From NCBI GenBank assembly GCA_035249305.1, contig DATFGQ010000007.1:18915-82914 (forward strand): a stretch of DNA of 64,000 bases, written 5' to 3'. The DNA is from Blastocatellia bacterium. GTDB taxonomy: Bacteria > Acidobacteriota > Blastocatellia > UBA7656. A program made the position numbers and the translations under genes. Positions 33,069-44,722 of the stretch are shown piece by piece; the first letter of the stretch is position 1, and each line of letters starts with the position of its first letter. Below the pieces are notes generated by a model that saw nothing but the letters and a program-made list of their open reading frames with translations, did not search any database and had not been told where the DNA came from.

Positions 33069-35282
33069 TTAAAGATTCTTCAAGATGAACTCCGTCATCA
33101 GCGTCCGCATGTGTTTTAACAGCAGCGGGTTCGTTACGCCGTGCCGCGACTTCGGGTACAACATCAGCTCGAACTGCTTGCCCGCTTTCTGAAGCTCGTA
33201 GGCGAACTGTACGGTGTTCTGCATGTGAACGTTGTCGTCTATCATTCCGTGGATCAACAGTATCTTGCCGTGAAGGTCCTTCGCGTTATGAAGCGGCGAG
33301 GCTTTTTTGTAGCCTTCGGGGTTGTTCTGCGGCGTGGCCATGTAGCGCTCCGTGTAGATCGTGTCATAGAGCCGCCAGTCGGTCACGCTGCCGCCGGCTA
33401 TGCCTATCTTAAAGCTCTTGCTGTGAGTCAAAGCGTAAGAGGTCATAAAGCCGCCGAAGCTCCAGCCCCACAAGCCTATGCGCGACCCGTCGACGTAAGG
33501 CTGGCTCTTTAGCCACGCCAGTCCGTCTTCGAGGTCGCGGAGCTCCAGCTCGCCGAAGTTGCGGTAGGCGGGCCAGGCCGACTCGACGCCTTTGCCGCTC
33601 GCGGTGCGGTTGTCGCACACCCACAGGATGTACCCCTTCTGCGCGAGCATCTGGTGATAGAGGTAGCTCGCCCCGCCCCACGAGTTTTTGACCTGCGGCG
33701 CTTGCGGGCCGCTGTAGGTGAAGCTCATCACGGGATACTTCTTCGCCGGGTCGAAGTCGGGCGGCTTTATCATCATCGCTTCCATCACAAACCCGTCGCG
33801 CGTCTTCACCTGTAGGAATTCCGCCTTCCCGAGCTTGTACTGCTTCAAGGCCTCCATCTTGTTATCGTCGATGACGCGGACGAGCTTGCCCGACGAGTCA
33901 AACATGCGCACCTGTGTCGGGGTGTTCACGTCGCTCCACGTGTCTATGAAATGCGTGAAGGTCGGGTTGAAGTTGACCGAGTGATTACCTTCGGCTTGAG
34001 TGAGCCGCGTGAGCCCCGTCCCATCGAGCTTGATCCGGTAGGCGTTGTTCGCGATGTAGCTGTGCTCGGTGCCCGAGAAATAGATGAAGCCTTTTGCTTC
34101 GTCTACGCCGTGCAGCGAGCGAACGTCCCACTTGCCGTCGGTCACCTGGCGGACCAGCTTGCCGTCGCGCGAATAGTGGTAAAGGTGCTGCCAGCCGCTG
34201 CGGTTGCTGAGCCAGAGAAAACTCCCGTCTTTAAGCCACTGAGGCTCGTCCAAAACTTCTACCCAGGTCTTCGACGTCTCTTTAAGCACGTTGCTGGTCT
34301 TCCCGGTTTCGGGGTCGGCGTAGTTCAGGTCGAGCCACGTCTGCTCGCGATCCTGAAGCTGGTAGACCACGCGCTTGCTGTCGGGCGTCCAGCCGACGCG
34401 GACTATCAGGAAATCGCCGCCTTCGTAATTGAACGTGTCGACCCAGTTCGTCGCGCCGCCTGCGACGTTGACGACGCCGAGCTTAACGACGGGGTTCGGG
34501 TGGCCCGCCTTCGGGTAGGGGGTCGTCTCGACCTCTTGCAACAGCGGTATGTGATCGACGACGACGAAATCGCGCACGGGCGACTCGTCGAGCCTGAGGT
34601 AAACGATCTTCGTCGAATCCGGGCTCCACCAGTAACCTTTGAAATTGCCGCGGCCGTAGACCTCTTCCTGGTAGACCCAGTCTAACCGCCCGTTGAGTAT
34701 CTTCCCGCCGCCGCCGTTGGTCAGCGAACGCTCGCGCTGCGTGGCTATGTCGACGAGAAAGATGTTGCCGTTGCGCGCGAAGCTCACCATGCGCCCGTCG
34801 GGGCTGAACTCTTCGCCGACCTCCTCGTCCGCGTTGCTCGTGAGCCGCACGGCCTTGTTCGAGTTGAACTCATAATAAAAAAGGTCATTGGCATGATTGA
34901 TCAGCGCGGCCGTCTGGTCATCGTTCATCTGGTAAGAGCCGAGCCGCGCGAGCGACTGCGCGTCTTCGCGGCCGATCCCCGGCAGCGCCACGAAGGCGGC
35001 CTCCATCTTCGCCGCGTCGTGAAAGGGCTTCACCTCGCCCGTCGCGTACTCGACTTTAAGCAGTTGCGCGACGCGCGTCTTTGTGTCGCCCTTGCTTTGC
35101 AGGTAATGACTGCCGCCCGCGAGCCATCGCAACCCCGTCGGCGGCGAGCCGTTGAAATTGACCTTCTTCTCGGGGTCGTAGATGTCGTCGATCGTCAGCA
35201 TCTTCTCCTGCGCCCGGGCGGCGGCGGCCGATAAAGAGAGGGTTAAGAGCATCGCGGTGAGACTAACAAGATAACGTCGCAA
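33069..35282 (-). CDS. dipeptidyl-peptidase IV (S9B prolyl oligopeptidase family)
   Basis: 737-aa ORF with a signal peptide and an N-terminal DPPIV-type beta-propeller. Contains the nucleophile elbow GWSFGG and the later HGMIDDNVH motif. Confidence 0.9.
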   Translation of the reverse strand: MRRYLVSLTAMLLTLSLSAAAARAQEKMLTIDDIYDPEKKVNFNGSPPTGLRWLAGGSHYLQSKGDTKTRVAQLLKVEYATGEVKPFHDAAKMEAAFVALPGIGREDAQSLARLGSYQMNDDQTAALINHANDLFYYEFNSNKAVRLTSNADEEVGEEFSPDGRMVSFARNGNIFLVDIATQRERSLTNGGGGKILNGRLDWVYQEEVYGRGNFKGYWWSPDSTKIVYLRLDESPVRDFVVVDHIPLLQEVETTPYPKAGHPNPVVKLGVVNVAGGATNWVDTFNYEGGDFLIVRVGWTPDSKRVVYQLQDREQTWLDLNYADPETGKTSNVLKETSKTWVEVLDEPQWLKDGSFLWLSNRSGWQHLYHYSRDGKLVRQVTDGKWDVRSLHGVDEAKGFIYFSGTEHSYIANNAYRIKLDGTGLTRLTQAEGNHSVNFNPTFTHFIDTWSDVNTPTQVRMFDSSGKLVRVIDDNKMEALKQYKLGKAEFLQVKTRDGFVMEAMMIKPPDFDPAKKYPVMSFTYSGPQAPQVKNSWGGASYLYHQMLAQKGYILWVCDNRTASGKGVESAWPAYRNFGELELRDLEDGLAWLKSQPYVDGSRIGLWGWSFGGFMTSYALTHSKSFKIGIAGGSVTDWRLYDTIYTERYMATPQNNPEGYKKASPLHNAKDLHGKILLIHGMIDDNVHMQNTVQFAYELQKAGKQFELMLYPKSRHGVTNPLLLKHMRTLMTEFILKNL

Positions 35283-35332
35283 GCGGTTTCTCCTTCGTGT
35301 ATGAGTGTTAAGGCTGGCCCTTTCCGGAAAAG

Positions 35333-35344
35333 ATATTTATACAG
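35333..35344 (-). promoter_or_regulatory. candidate -10 region (12-mer CTGTATAAATAT on the minus strand)
   Basis: Lies 51-62 nt upstream of the DPP-IV ATG and is identical to 32484-32495. Confidence 0.3.
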
Positions 35345-35568
35345 AAATTCTCGCGCCCGCAAAAGCTCAAAGCTGCCGCTATAATTTCGCAATACATGTT
35401 ACTGAGAGTTTTCTATGCGGCGCGGCGGAACTGGGATACAATGTCTGGGTGCTTTGAGCAGTCAACCCCCATCAAGGAAGCAATAGAATAGAATTCATCC
35501 GAAAGGAGTAAGCCGGCGTCCGCCCCCCAGAGCATGAGCGGGGCGCGTTTGGTCCGGCTTCGTATTGA

Positions 35569-38500
35569 ATGAAGAATCGCCTGTTTCCCTCGCCTCAAAT
35601 GTTCGGGTCGCGTCGCAAGATCGTAGTCGCATCCATTCTGTTAGCCCTCTCGATCGCGTCCTTTTATGTCTGGTCACCGCCGGCCGTTCACGGAGGCTCG
35701 ACGCCGAGCGTCGTCGTCAACAAGTATCAAAACTCAGGTACGACGAATGACATCCTTGAGCTGCTGGTCATTCAAAATAACCTCGATATGCGAGGGATGA
35801 TCGTAAAAGATTTTTCCAGCAACATGGCGAATGACGGCGGCGGGAAATATCAATTCTCTACCAACGCGTTATGGTCTGCCGTGCGCGCCGGGACGCTCAT
35901 AGTGCTCAGGAATGACAATAGCGCGGCCGATACGACTGTCGGCGGGTCGGATTATAACCTGGACGTAGGGCTGCAAAATACGACTTACTTCGCCAGCCTC
36001 GGCGGGACATTCGATATAGCTACGACCGAAATGGTGATGATTAAAGAGGCGGGCAGCGGATCGGCCGGAGTAACGGGAAGCATACACGTGCTGGCGGGGG
36101 GGACGGCCGGGGCGCAGTTCACGGCCGCGCCTAACCCTAAGCTGAGGGCTGCGGGCACATCGGCCGGCGGTCAATTCGTCTTTGCGAATAACAGCACTCA
36201 AAACATCATCGATTATGACGGGACCGACGCAACAGGCGCGGCTACGGGGCTCACCTTTGGCGTGGGCAATAATGCGAACAACATCGCATTCATAAACGCA
36301 CTGCGCGGCACGCTGGCGCTGACTATTAATAACGTCACGGTTCTGGAAGGCGACAAGGGAACGACTACCGCCACGTTCACGGTCAGCCTCTCGGCGGCCG
36401 CGGGGCCGGGCGGCGTGACGTTTGACATCGCCACTCAGGACAATTCGGCCACGACTGCCGGCGACGACTACGAGGCGCGCACAGAGGCGGCCCAGACGAT
36501 CCCCGAGGGGAGCCAGAACTATAGCTTCAGCGTGACCGTTAACGGAGACGCCGACTCGGAGCCTAACGAAACGTTCTTCGTTAACGTGACAAATGTTACA
36601 GGAGCCGCTCTCGGCGACGGCCAGGGAGTCGGCACGATCACGAATGACGATTTCGTTTCGATACCCATCGGCACTGTTCAGGGGAGCGGGAGCGCTTCCC
36701 CGTTTGCGGGGACCGTCGTGACGGTCACGGGGATAGTGACGGGTCAAAAATCGAACGGCTTCTTCCTACAGACGCCGGACGCACAGGTTGACGGCAACCC
36801 CGCAACTTCAGAAGGCGTCTTCGTATTCACTTCAAGCGCGCCGCCTGCCGACGCCGCAATAGGCAACTCGGTCGTGGTTACAGGCACGGTGCAAGAGTTT
36901 ATCCCCTCGCAAGATCCTAACAGCCCGCCCATTACGGAGATAGGCAACACGCCGAGCGTGACACTGCTTACAGGCGGAAACTCTTTACCTACACCAATAA
37001 CGCTCACAGCCGCCCAGACAAATCCTTCGGGCTCTATCGAGCAGCTTGAAAGGTTTGAATGCATGCGCGTCTTCGTCAGCTCGTTGACGGCCACATCGCC
37101 GACCGATGGGTTTGTAAGTGAGGCGAACGCTACCGGGACGAGCGACGGGACTTTTTACGCGGTGATTACGGGCGTCGCGCGCCCATTCCGCGAGCCGGGG
37201 ATCGAAGTGCCCTTCCCGCTGCCTGCGGGTTCTCCATGCTGCGTGCCGCGTTTCGACGCCAACCCCGAGCGGCTGCGTATAGACAGCGACGCGCAGCCCG
37301 GTGCGGTTGCGATCAATGTTACAACCGGAGCCATCATCACAAACGTGACGGGGCCGCTCGATTATAGCTTCCGCACTTACACGATCTTGCCCGACGCGGC
37401 AAACCCTCCCGGCGTGTCGGGGATCATAAGCGCGATACCGGTTCCCGTCCCCGCCGCGGATGAATTCACCGTAGGCTCGTTTAACATGGAGCGGTTCTAT
37501 GATACTACGGACAACCCTGGAGGAGACGTAGTGCTGACGACGACCGCTTACAATAATCGATTGAACAAGGCGTCGCTCGCCATCCGAAACGTCATGCGAA
37601 CGCCTGACATAATCGGCATAGAGGAGATGGAGAACTTAACGACCCTGCAAGACGTCGCCAACAAGATCAACAACGATGCGGTCGCGGCGGGCGGTCCGAA
37701 CCCCATGTATACCGCCCGCCTCGTAGAGGGTAACGACATCGGCGGCATCGACGTGGGCTTCCTCGTTAAGACTTCGCGAGTCACTGTGTTGAACGTTGTG
37801 CAGGAAGGGAAAGACACGACCTACACAGAGCCGGGCGGAGGGACGGCTCTGCTCAACGACCGCCCATCTTTAGTGTTGACCGCGAACATTTCAGCACCTT
37901 GCGGCGGCGTTTTTCCCATCACTGTCATCGTCAATCACCTGCGCTCACTCAACGGCGTAGACGATGCGGCCGACGGCCCCCGCGTTCGCGCGAAGCGGGC
38001 GGCGCAGGCGGAGTTCCTGGCAAACTTGATCCAGGCCAGGATGACGGCCAACCCTAACGAGCAGATTATCTCTGTCGGCGATTACAACGCGTTTCAGTTT
38101 AACGATGGCTACGTAGATATGATCGGGACGATAAAAGGCACTCCCACGCCAGCCAGCCAGGTGGTTCTTGCCAGCGGCGATCTGGTCAACCCCGACCTTA
38201 TAGATTTGATAGATCAGGCGGCGCCCGACCAGCGATACTCTTTCACCTTCGACGGCAACGCCCAAACGCTCGATCATGAGATAGTCACTCCGAACCTCTT
38301 CAGGCATTTCAGCCGAATTCACTACGCGCGCAGCAACGGCGACTTCCCCGAGATTTTTCGCTCGGATGCGAATCGCCCTGAGCGATTATCCGACCACGAC
38401 ATGCCTGTGGCTTACTTCAAGTTCGCGGGCGTCTCTAAGAAAACTGACTTCTACGCGTTTAATGGCGGGTCGGGCAGCGTCGATGTGACAGCGCCCGCCG

Positions 38501-38937
38501 GGTGTAACTGGACCGCAGTAAGCAATGACCCGTGGATCGAGCTTACCTCAAGCGGCGCTGGCTCGGGGAACGACACGGTAACCTACCTGGTGCGAGAGAA
38601 CTTCACCGGCCTTCCTCGCGTCGGCACAATTACCGTTGGCGGCCATACGCTCACCGTGACTCAAGATAGTGAGGCGTCTCCAAGCTGCGCTTATTCTATC
38701 TCCCCGAAATCGGGATCGTTTAGCGCGAGTGGTGGGACCGGAACTATCAACGTGGTCACAGAGGGGCGCTGCCTGTGGCAAGCGGTAAGCAATAACAGTT
38801 GGATCACTATAGAGGCCGGCAGCTTAGGCACGGGCAGTGGGACGGTTAGCTATCGCGTCGCGATTAACTCAGGTCCGGGCGGCCGCAGCGGGACTATCAC
38901 CGTAGCAGGAAAGACCTTCACTGTTAAACAGAAATAG
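35569..38937 (+). CDS. secreted multidomain nuclease (ExeM/NucH-like: Calx-beta + OB-like + endonuclease/exonuclease/phosphatase + two C-terminal beta domains)
   Basis: 1122-aa ORF. A Calx-beta-like segment runs LTINNVTVLEGDKGTTTATFTVSLS...GVGTITNDD. The segment IPIGTVQGSGSASPFAGTVVTVTGIVTG...GFFLQTPD...GVFVF is typical of ExeM/NucH as I recall it. The EEP ends are FTVGSFNMERF and LSDHDMPVAYF. Two C-terminal repeats are present (CNWTAVSNDPWI...TITVGGHTLTVTQ and CLWQAVSNNSWI...TITVAGKTFTVKQ). The start could alternatively be ATG 35599. Confidence 0.85.
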   Translation: MKNRLFPSPQMFGSRRKIVVASILLALSIASFYVWSPPAVHGGSTPSVVVNKYQNSGTTNDILELLVIQNNLDMRGMIVKDFSSNMANDGGGKYQFSTNALWSAVRAGTLIVLRNDNSAADTTVGGSDYNLDVGLQNTTYFASLGGTFDIATTEMVMIKEAGSGSAGVTGSIHVLAGGTAGAQFTAAPNPKLRAAGTSAGGQFVFANNSTQNIIDYDGTDATGAATGLTFGVGNNANNIAFINALRGTLALTINNVTVLEGDKGTTTATFTVSLSAAAGPGGVTFDIATQDNSATTAGDDYEARTEAAQTIPEGSQNYSFSVTVNGDADSEPNETFFVNVTNVTGAALGDGQGVGTITNDDFVSIPIGTVQGSGSASPFAGTVVTVTGIVTGQKSNGFFLQTPDAQVDGNPATSEGVFVFTSSAPPADAAIGNSVVVTGTVQEFIPSQDPNSPPITEIGNTPSVTLLTGGNSLPTPITLTAAQTNPSGSIEQLERFECMRVFVSSLTATSPTDGFVSEANATGTSDGTFYAVITGVARPFREPGIEVPFPLPAGSPCCVPRFDANPERLRIDSDAQPGAVAINVTTGAIITNVTGPLDYSFRTYTILPDAANPPGVSGIISAIPVPVPAADEFTVGSFNMERFYDTTDNPGGDVVLTTTAYNNRLNKASLAIRNVMRTPDIIGIEEMENLTTLQDVANKINNDAVAAGGPNPMYTARLVEGNDIGGIDVGFLVKTSRVTVLNVVQEGKDTTYTEPGGGTALLNDRPSLVLTANISAPCGGVFPITVIVNHLRSLNGVDDAADGPRVRAKRAAQAEFLANLIQARMTANPNEQIISVGDYNAFQFNDGYVDMIGTIKGTPTPASQVVLASGDLVNPDLIDLIDQAAPDQRYSFTFDGNAQTLDHEIVTPNLFRHFSRIHYARSNGDFPEIFRSDANRPERLSDHDMPVAYFKFAGVSKKTDFYAFNGGSGSVDVTAPAGCNWTAVSNDPWIELTSSGAGSGNDTVTYLVRENFTGLPRVGTITVGGHTLTVTQDSEASPSCAYSISPKSGSFSASGGTGTINVVTEGRCLWQAVSNNSWITIEAGSLGTGSGTVSYRVAINSGPGGRSGTITVAGKTFTVKQK

Positions 38938-38960
38938 TTGATCTGATTGACATAAGTAAA

Positions 38961-38989
38961 AGGGCCGGTCGCGCGACCGGCCCTTTTTT
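38961..38989. terminator. intrinsic terminator shared by the convergent nuclease and parB genes
   Basis: AGGGCCGGTCGCGCGACCGGCCCT forms a GC-rich hairpin, followed by TTTTTT on the plus strand and preceded by AAAA. Confidence 0.7.
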
Positions 38990-39017
38990 GTTGCATGGCT
39001 AGGGAGGCTTTATAAGC

Positions 39018-39887
39018 TCATTGTGTCGCGGGCCTCTGTATCAGCAGGTCAAATAGCCGCGTCAGGTCTTCCGTAGATGTGAACCTGATCTCTATGACGC
39101 CGCCCGCTTGCAAAAACTTGATCTTCACTGGGGCGGCGAGTCGCTTACTCAGCTTCGATTCCGCCGCGAGGATATTGGCCTTTTCGGTCTCGATCGCTCT
39201 TGAGACTTGGCTCCTTTCAACATTGGCCGGTTGTTTATCCTGAATCTCCCTCGCGAGCCTTTCGGTCTCTCTAACCGAGAGGCCTTTGTTTATTACGTCG
39301 GCGGCGAGCGATTTCTGCTCGTCCGGCGAATCGAGCGATAAAAGCGCCCTGGCATGCCCCATGGAGAGCTTATCTTCTTCGACCAGTTTTTGAATCTCTT
39401 GGGGGAGCTTTAATAGTCTCAACGAGTTTGTGATTGAAGTTCGGTCCTTCCCTACCCTCTTTGCTATCTCCTCCTGAGTGACGTTGAGCTGGTCGAGCAG
39501 CTTTCTGTAGGCGTTGGCTTCTTCGATAGGGTTCAGCTCTTCTCTCTGTATGTTCTCAATCAAAGAGAGCTCTAATACGCTCTCTTCTGCCACCTCTTTT
39601 ATGATGCAGGGTATCTGGTGCAATCCAGCCCTTTGCGCGGCCCGCCACCGCCGCTCCCCCGCTATTATCTGAAAGCGCAACCCGTTTCGCCTTACAACTA
39701 TCGGCTGGATTATTCCGTTAGTTTTTATTGACTGTGCTAGCTCGTTAAGTTTATTTTCATTAAATACCCGCCGTGGTTGATCATCGGTAGGGTCTATTTG
39801 ATCAATGCCCAGCTCGATTAATTCTGTCTCCGGAGCGTTTTGAGTAAACAGAGCGCTAAGCCCCCTGCCCAGTGCCTTTCTTGACAT
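39018..39887 (-). CDS. parB: chromosome partitioning protein ParB
   Basis: 289-aa ORF with N-terminus MSRKALGRGLSALF, the GERRWRAA motif, and an HTH region. Confidence 0.92.
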   Translation of the reverse strand: MSRKALGRGLSALFTQNAPETELIELGIDQIDPTDDQPRRVFNENKLNELAQSIKTNGIIQPIVVRRNGLRFQIIAGERRWRAAQRAGLHQIPCIIKEVAEESVLELSLIENIQREELNPIEEANAYRKLLDQLNVTQEEIAKRVGKDRTSITNSLRLLKLPQEIQKLVEEDKLSMGHARALLSLDSPDEQKSLAADVINKGLSVRETERLAREIQDKQPANVERSQVSRAIETEKANILAAESKLSKRLAAPVKIKFLQAGGVIEIRFTSTEDLTRLFDLLIQRPATQ

Positions 39888-40641
39888 TGTTTATTACCTC
39901 CTGTGCCAACTTGAGATAGCTCTCTGCTCCTTTTGACTTTATGTCATACAGAACAATAGGCTTACCATAACTTGGGGCTTCTGCTAGCCTGACATTTCTC
40001 GGAATAATAGTCGAAAATACCTGCGAACCCAGAAAGTCTCTAAGATCTGAAGCTACTTGATTTGCCAGATTAGTCCTTTCGTCAAACATTGTTAAAAGAA
40101 ACCCTTCGATTGTAAGACTTGGGTTCAAAGTCCTCCGTATCTTTACAAGCGTATCCCATAATTCTGAGACGCCTTCAAGCGCAAAGTACTCACACTGGAT
40201 AGGGATCAGCACTGCGTTGGCCGCCGCGAGAGCGTTTAAGGTCAGCAATCCTAGACTGGGGGGACAATCAATAAGGACATAATCGAACTGATGTGCGAAT
40301 GGTTCAAGCAATCTCTTAAGTTTGTACTCACGATCTTCCAGGTCTACCAGCTCAATCTCTGCGGCGACAAGTATCTTCTCTGCGGGGACTATCTTTAGGT
40401 TAGGAATATCCTGGACGGTCAGGACTACGTTCTCCAGCGGTTCGTTTAAGACAAGCGAGTGATAAAAGCTTCGATGAAACTTCCCTCTCAATCCAAGACC
40501 GCTTGTGCTGTTGCCTTGAGGGTCCGCGTCTATGATAAGCACCCTCATTTCTGCGACCGCAAGGCTGGCTCCAAGATTGATGGTCGTAGTTGTCTTGCCT
40601 ACCCCTCCTTTTTGGTTGGTGATCGCTATTATCCTTGCCAT
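39856..40641 (-). CDS. parA: chromosome partitioning ATPase ParA/Soj
   Basis: I chose the start ATG 40641, giving MARIIAITNQKGGVGKTTTTINL (deviant Walker A). The gene overlaps parB by 32 nt. The track start at 40677 is a TTG extension. Confidence 0.92.
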   Translation of the reverse strand: MARIIAITNQKGGVGKTTTTINLGASLAVAEMRVLIIDADPQGNSTSGLGLRGKFHRSFYHSLVLNEPLENVVLTVQDIPNLKIVPAEKILVAAEIELVDLEDREYKLKRLLEPFAHQFDYVLIDCPPSLGLLTLNALAAANAVLIPIQCEYFALEGVSELWDTLVKIRRTLNPSLTIEGFLLTMFDERTNLANQVASDLRDFLGSQVFSTIIPRNVRLAEAPSYGKPIVLYDIKSKGAESYLKLAQEVINNVKKGTGQGA

Positions 40642-40700
40642 CAGGTGGTACAATATCACAAAAACATGTTCCCGCAACCAAAAAACGCCCCCGCAGCTTA

Positions 40701-40716
40701 TGTGGCACGTGAAACT
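40701..40716. promoter_or_regulatory. parS-like site 1
   Basis: TGTGGCACGTGAAACT against the known parS consensus TGTTNCACGTGAAACA gives 14/16. It lies about 60 nt upstream of parA. Confidence 0.65.
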
Positions 40717-40737
40717 TGATTCTTTGCTTTAAGAGAA

Positions 40738-40753
40738 TGTGGCACGTGAAACA
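40738..40753. promoter_or_regulatory. parS-like site 2
   Basis: TGTGGCACGTGAAACA against the consensus TGTTNCACGTGAAACA gives 15/16. It lies 37 bp from site 1. Confidence 0.7.
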
Positions 40754-41093
40754 GCCAACGGCAGCGGCTAAAGAGCGCGTTCTAAAAATGGGAGGGCCAC
40801 ACCGGAAGTAGCAGGTCGTTTGTCCGGTGTGGCCAAACATGCATCTGTCGTTACTAGTTAATCTAATCGCAACTGACATACCATAAAGGAGCGAAAGGTC
40901 ATAACTATAATTACCATAACAAGTTATAAAACCACGCGTTATTTTGGCCAAATCTTGACAGATAAGATTTCACCCAAATTGACCTCGTCCAAGCTCAGAA
41001 TGACCGATTTCAACCATCGCAACAAAAAACTAGCAAACCCATAGAGGATATGATATTTTGATCTGCTTCAATCAGCAGCTACTATCTATATAA

Positions 41094-42629
<1,536 letters not shown>

Positions 42630-42651
42630 TCGTCAACAAGCGAGAGGGTCG

Positions 42652-43071
42652 ATGCCAGATAAGATCCACTTAGAGGTTGTTACTCCTGAACGAAAAGTCT
42701 TTGAGGCCGAAGTAGACAGAGTGGATGTTCCCGGCCTTGACGGAGAGCTTGGAATACTCCCAGGCCACACGGAGCTCATTTCCCAGCTTAAGCCGGCCGG
42801 GCTTCTAACTTACTACGTCAACGACCAGAAGGGCGAAATGGCTATAAGCGACGGTTTTGTGGAAGTCAGCCCCGACCGGGTCGTGGTTCTCGCAGATAAA
42901 GCAGAGCGCCCGGAGGATATTGATCTACGCCGCGCCCTCGAATCGAAAGAACAGGCAGAGCGTCAGTTGCAGCGGGCGATGTCAGACCCAGATATAGACA
43001 TTGTCCGCGCGACTATTGAACTGGAAAGAGCATCGATAGAATTGCAATTGGCGGAGAAGGCTAATCGCTAA
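42652..43071 (+). CDS. atpC: F0F1 ATP synthase subunit epsilon
   Basis: 139-aa ORF directly after atpD. The N-terminal LEVVTPERKVFEAEVDRVDVPGLDGELGILPGH is typical of epsilon subunits. Confidence 0.9.
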   Translation: MPDKIHLEVVTPERKVFEAEVDRVDVPGLDGELGILPGHTELISQLKPAGLLTYYVNDQKGEMAISDGFVEVSPDRVVVLADKAERPEDIDLRRALESKEQAERQLQRAMSDPDIDIVRATIELERASIELQLAEKANR

Positions 43072-43318
43072 AACTACCGCAAGGCCAAGGCGGTTTAAAG
43101 CTCTCCGGTTAATCACCGTAAATATTGAAATAAAAAGAGATAAATAAAAAACGGTTCTGTAACACTATTGGATTGAAACCCTCCCTTGTTTGTGATAATG
43201 TTCCGAGGCTTCATTGAAGGTTTCAAAAATCCAAGAGCTAACTTTCGTTCTTGACTCTTTGCCGCAAGGTTAGTTTTTCGTGTTTTGAGACTTTGAAGCA
43301 CGCTTATTTGGTATCGCC

Positions 43319-44722
43319 ATGACTGCTTCAAGTATCCAAATCGACCTGCTCTCCTCCATACTGACTGCCATCTCAAAAAGGGTGAATCACCAAAGCTTTA
43401 ACACCTGGTTTAAGCCCATCTCCTTTGCTACGAAGGATGATTCGACACTCTATCTGAAAGTCCCTAATGAGATCTTTCGCGATTGGATCAGCAGTAATTA
43501 TTTCGACGTGCTTGAAGAATCGCTTCAAGAGTTAGATATGGAAGGGTATCAAGTCAGTTTCTTGATAGAGGATATGCAACAACCTAAGGGCTCGAACGGG
43601 GCAAAGAACCAGGAGATTGCCCCCAAGCCTTCGAAACTCGCATCATTAAATAACCAGGATATAAGCAATTTCGGAATCGCTAAACTTATAGAGATTGAGC
43701 CGCTCGAACTCCCTCTTAATCCCAAATATACATTCGACACATTCGTGGTCGGGTCCTGTAATCAGTTCGCCCACGCGGCGGCTCTTGCCGTAGTCGACAT
43801 GCCTTCAAAGACCTATAATCCTCTTTACGTCTACGGCGGCGTGGGATTGGGAAAGACGCATCTGATGCACGCGATCGGTCAGGCGATAAAATCTAGAAAT
43901 ATTAATTTACGATTAACCTATATATCTTCAGAAAAATTTATGAATGAGTTAATAAATGCGATACGCTACGATAAAACAATTACCTTTAGAGAAAAATACA
44001 GGAATATTGATGTTCTCTTGATGGATGATATACAGTTTCTGGCCGGGAAGGAACGGACCCAGGAAGAGTTTTTCCACACCTTTAATGCGCTTTATGATGC
44101 ACAGAAGCAGATAGTCATCTCAAGCGATTGCCCGCCCAGAGAGATACCTACGCTTGAAGAGAGGCTGCATTCCAGGTTCGAATGGGGGTTGATAGCAGAT
44201 ATACAGCCGCCAGATCTGGAGACGAAGGTAGCCATACTAAAAAGAAAAGCCGAGATTGAAAAGATAGATCTGCCGGATAACGTCGCTCTGTTTATTGCAA
44301 GTAAGATAAAATCCAACATTAGAGAGCTCGAAGGGTCGCTGGTCAGGCTCGTAGCCTACGCGTCGCTAAAGGGGTTACCCATAGGTCTTGAACTGGCTCA
44401 AGAGGTTCTTAAGAACATAATAGATGAAGAGACGGACGGTGTTTCGATCGAGCTGATTCAAAAGACCGTGGCGAGCCATTATGGACTTAAAGTAGCCGAT
44501 CTGAAATCGAAGAATAACTCCAGGAACATCGCAGGCCCGAGACAAGTTGCTATGTATCTGTGCAAAACTCTTACGAAAGCCAGCCTTCCTGAGATAGGGC
44601 GCGAGTTCGGGGGCAAGCATCATACAACAGTCCTTCATAGCATTAATAAAGTCGCGCAGCAATATGACGCGGATGGGGTTTTCCACAGACTTATCAACAG
44701 TCTAATTACTAATATTAAATAA
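43319..44722 (+). CDS. dnaA: chromosomal replication initiator DnaA
   Basis: 467-aa ORF with FNTWFKPI in domain I, Walker [11 protein letters not shown], the sensor motifs, and a C-terminal DNA-binding domain ([11 protein letters not shown]). Confidence 0.95.
   Translation: MTASSIQIDLLSSILTAISKRVNHQSFNTWFKPISFATKDDSTLYLKVPNEIFRDWISSNYFDVLEESLQELDMEGYQVSFLIEDMQQPKGSNGAKNQEIAPKPSKLASLNNQDISNFGIAKLIEIEPLELPLNPKYTFDTFVVGSCNQFAHAAALAVVDMPSKTYNPLYVYGGVGLGKTHLMHAIGQAIKSRNINLRLTYISSEKFMNELINAIRYDKTITFREKYRNIDVLLMDDIQFLAGKERTQEEFFHTFNALYDAQKQIVISSDCPPREIPTLEERLHSRFEWGLIADIQPPDLETKVAILKRKAEIEKIDLPDNVALFIASKIKSNIRELEGSLVRLVAYASLKGLPIGLELAQEVLKNIIDEETDGVSIELIQKTVASHYGLKVADLKSKNNSRNIAGPRQVAMYLCKTLTKASLPEIGREFGGKHHTTVLHSINKVAQQYDADGVFHRLINSLITNIK

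Noticed and set aside
35413-35750. Small ORFs (60-61 aa) in the DPP-IV / nuclease divergent region
   Set aside because: They are mutually overlapping, lack RBSs, and overlap the nuclease signal-peptide region. They are better explained as promoter or 5'-UTR sequence.
40400-40951. 183-aa minus-strand ORF covering the parA 5' end and the parS region
   Set aside because: It overlaps parA out of frame and runs through the non-coding parS/hairpin spacer. The ParA N-terminus MARIIAITNQKGGVGKTT fixes the real frame and start.
43113-43376. 87-aa minus-strand ORF upstream of and overlapping the dnaA start
   Set aside because: It lies in the AT-rich dnaA promoter region and overlaps the dnaA start. 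It has no RBS or motif and is probably a chance ORF.
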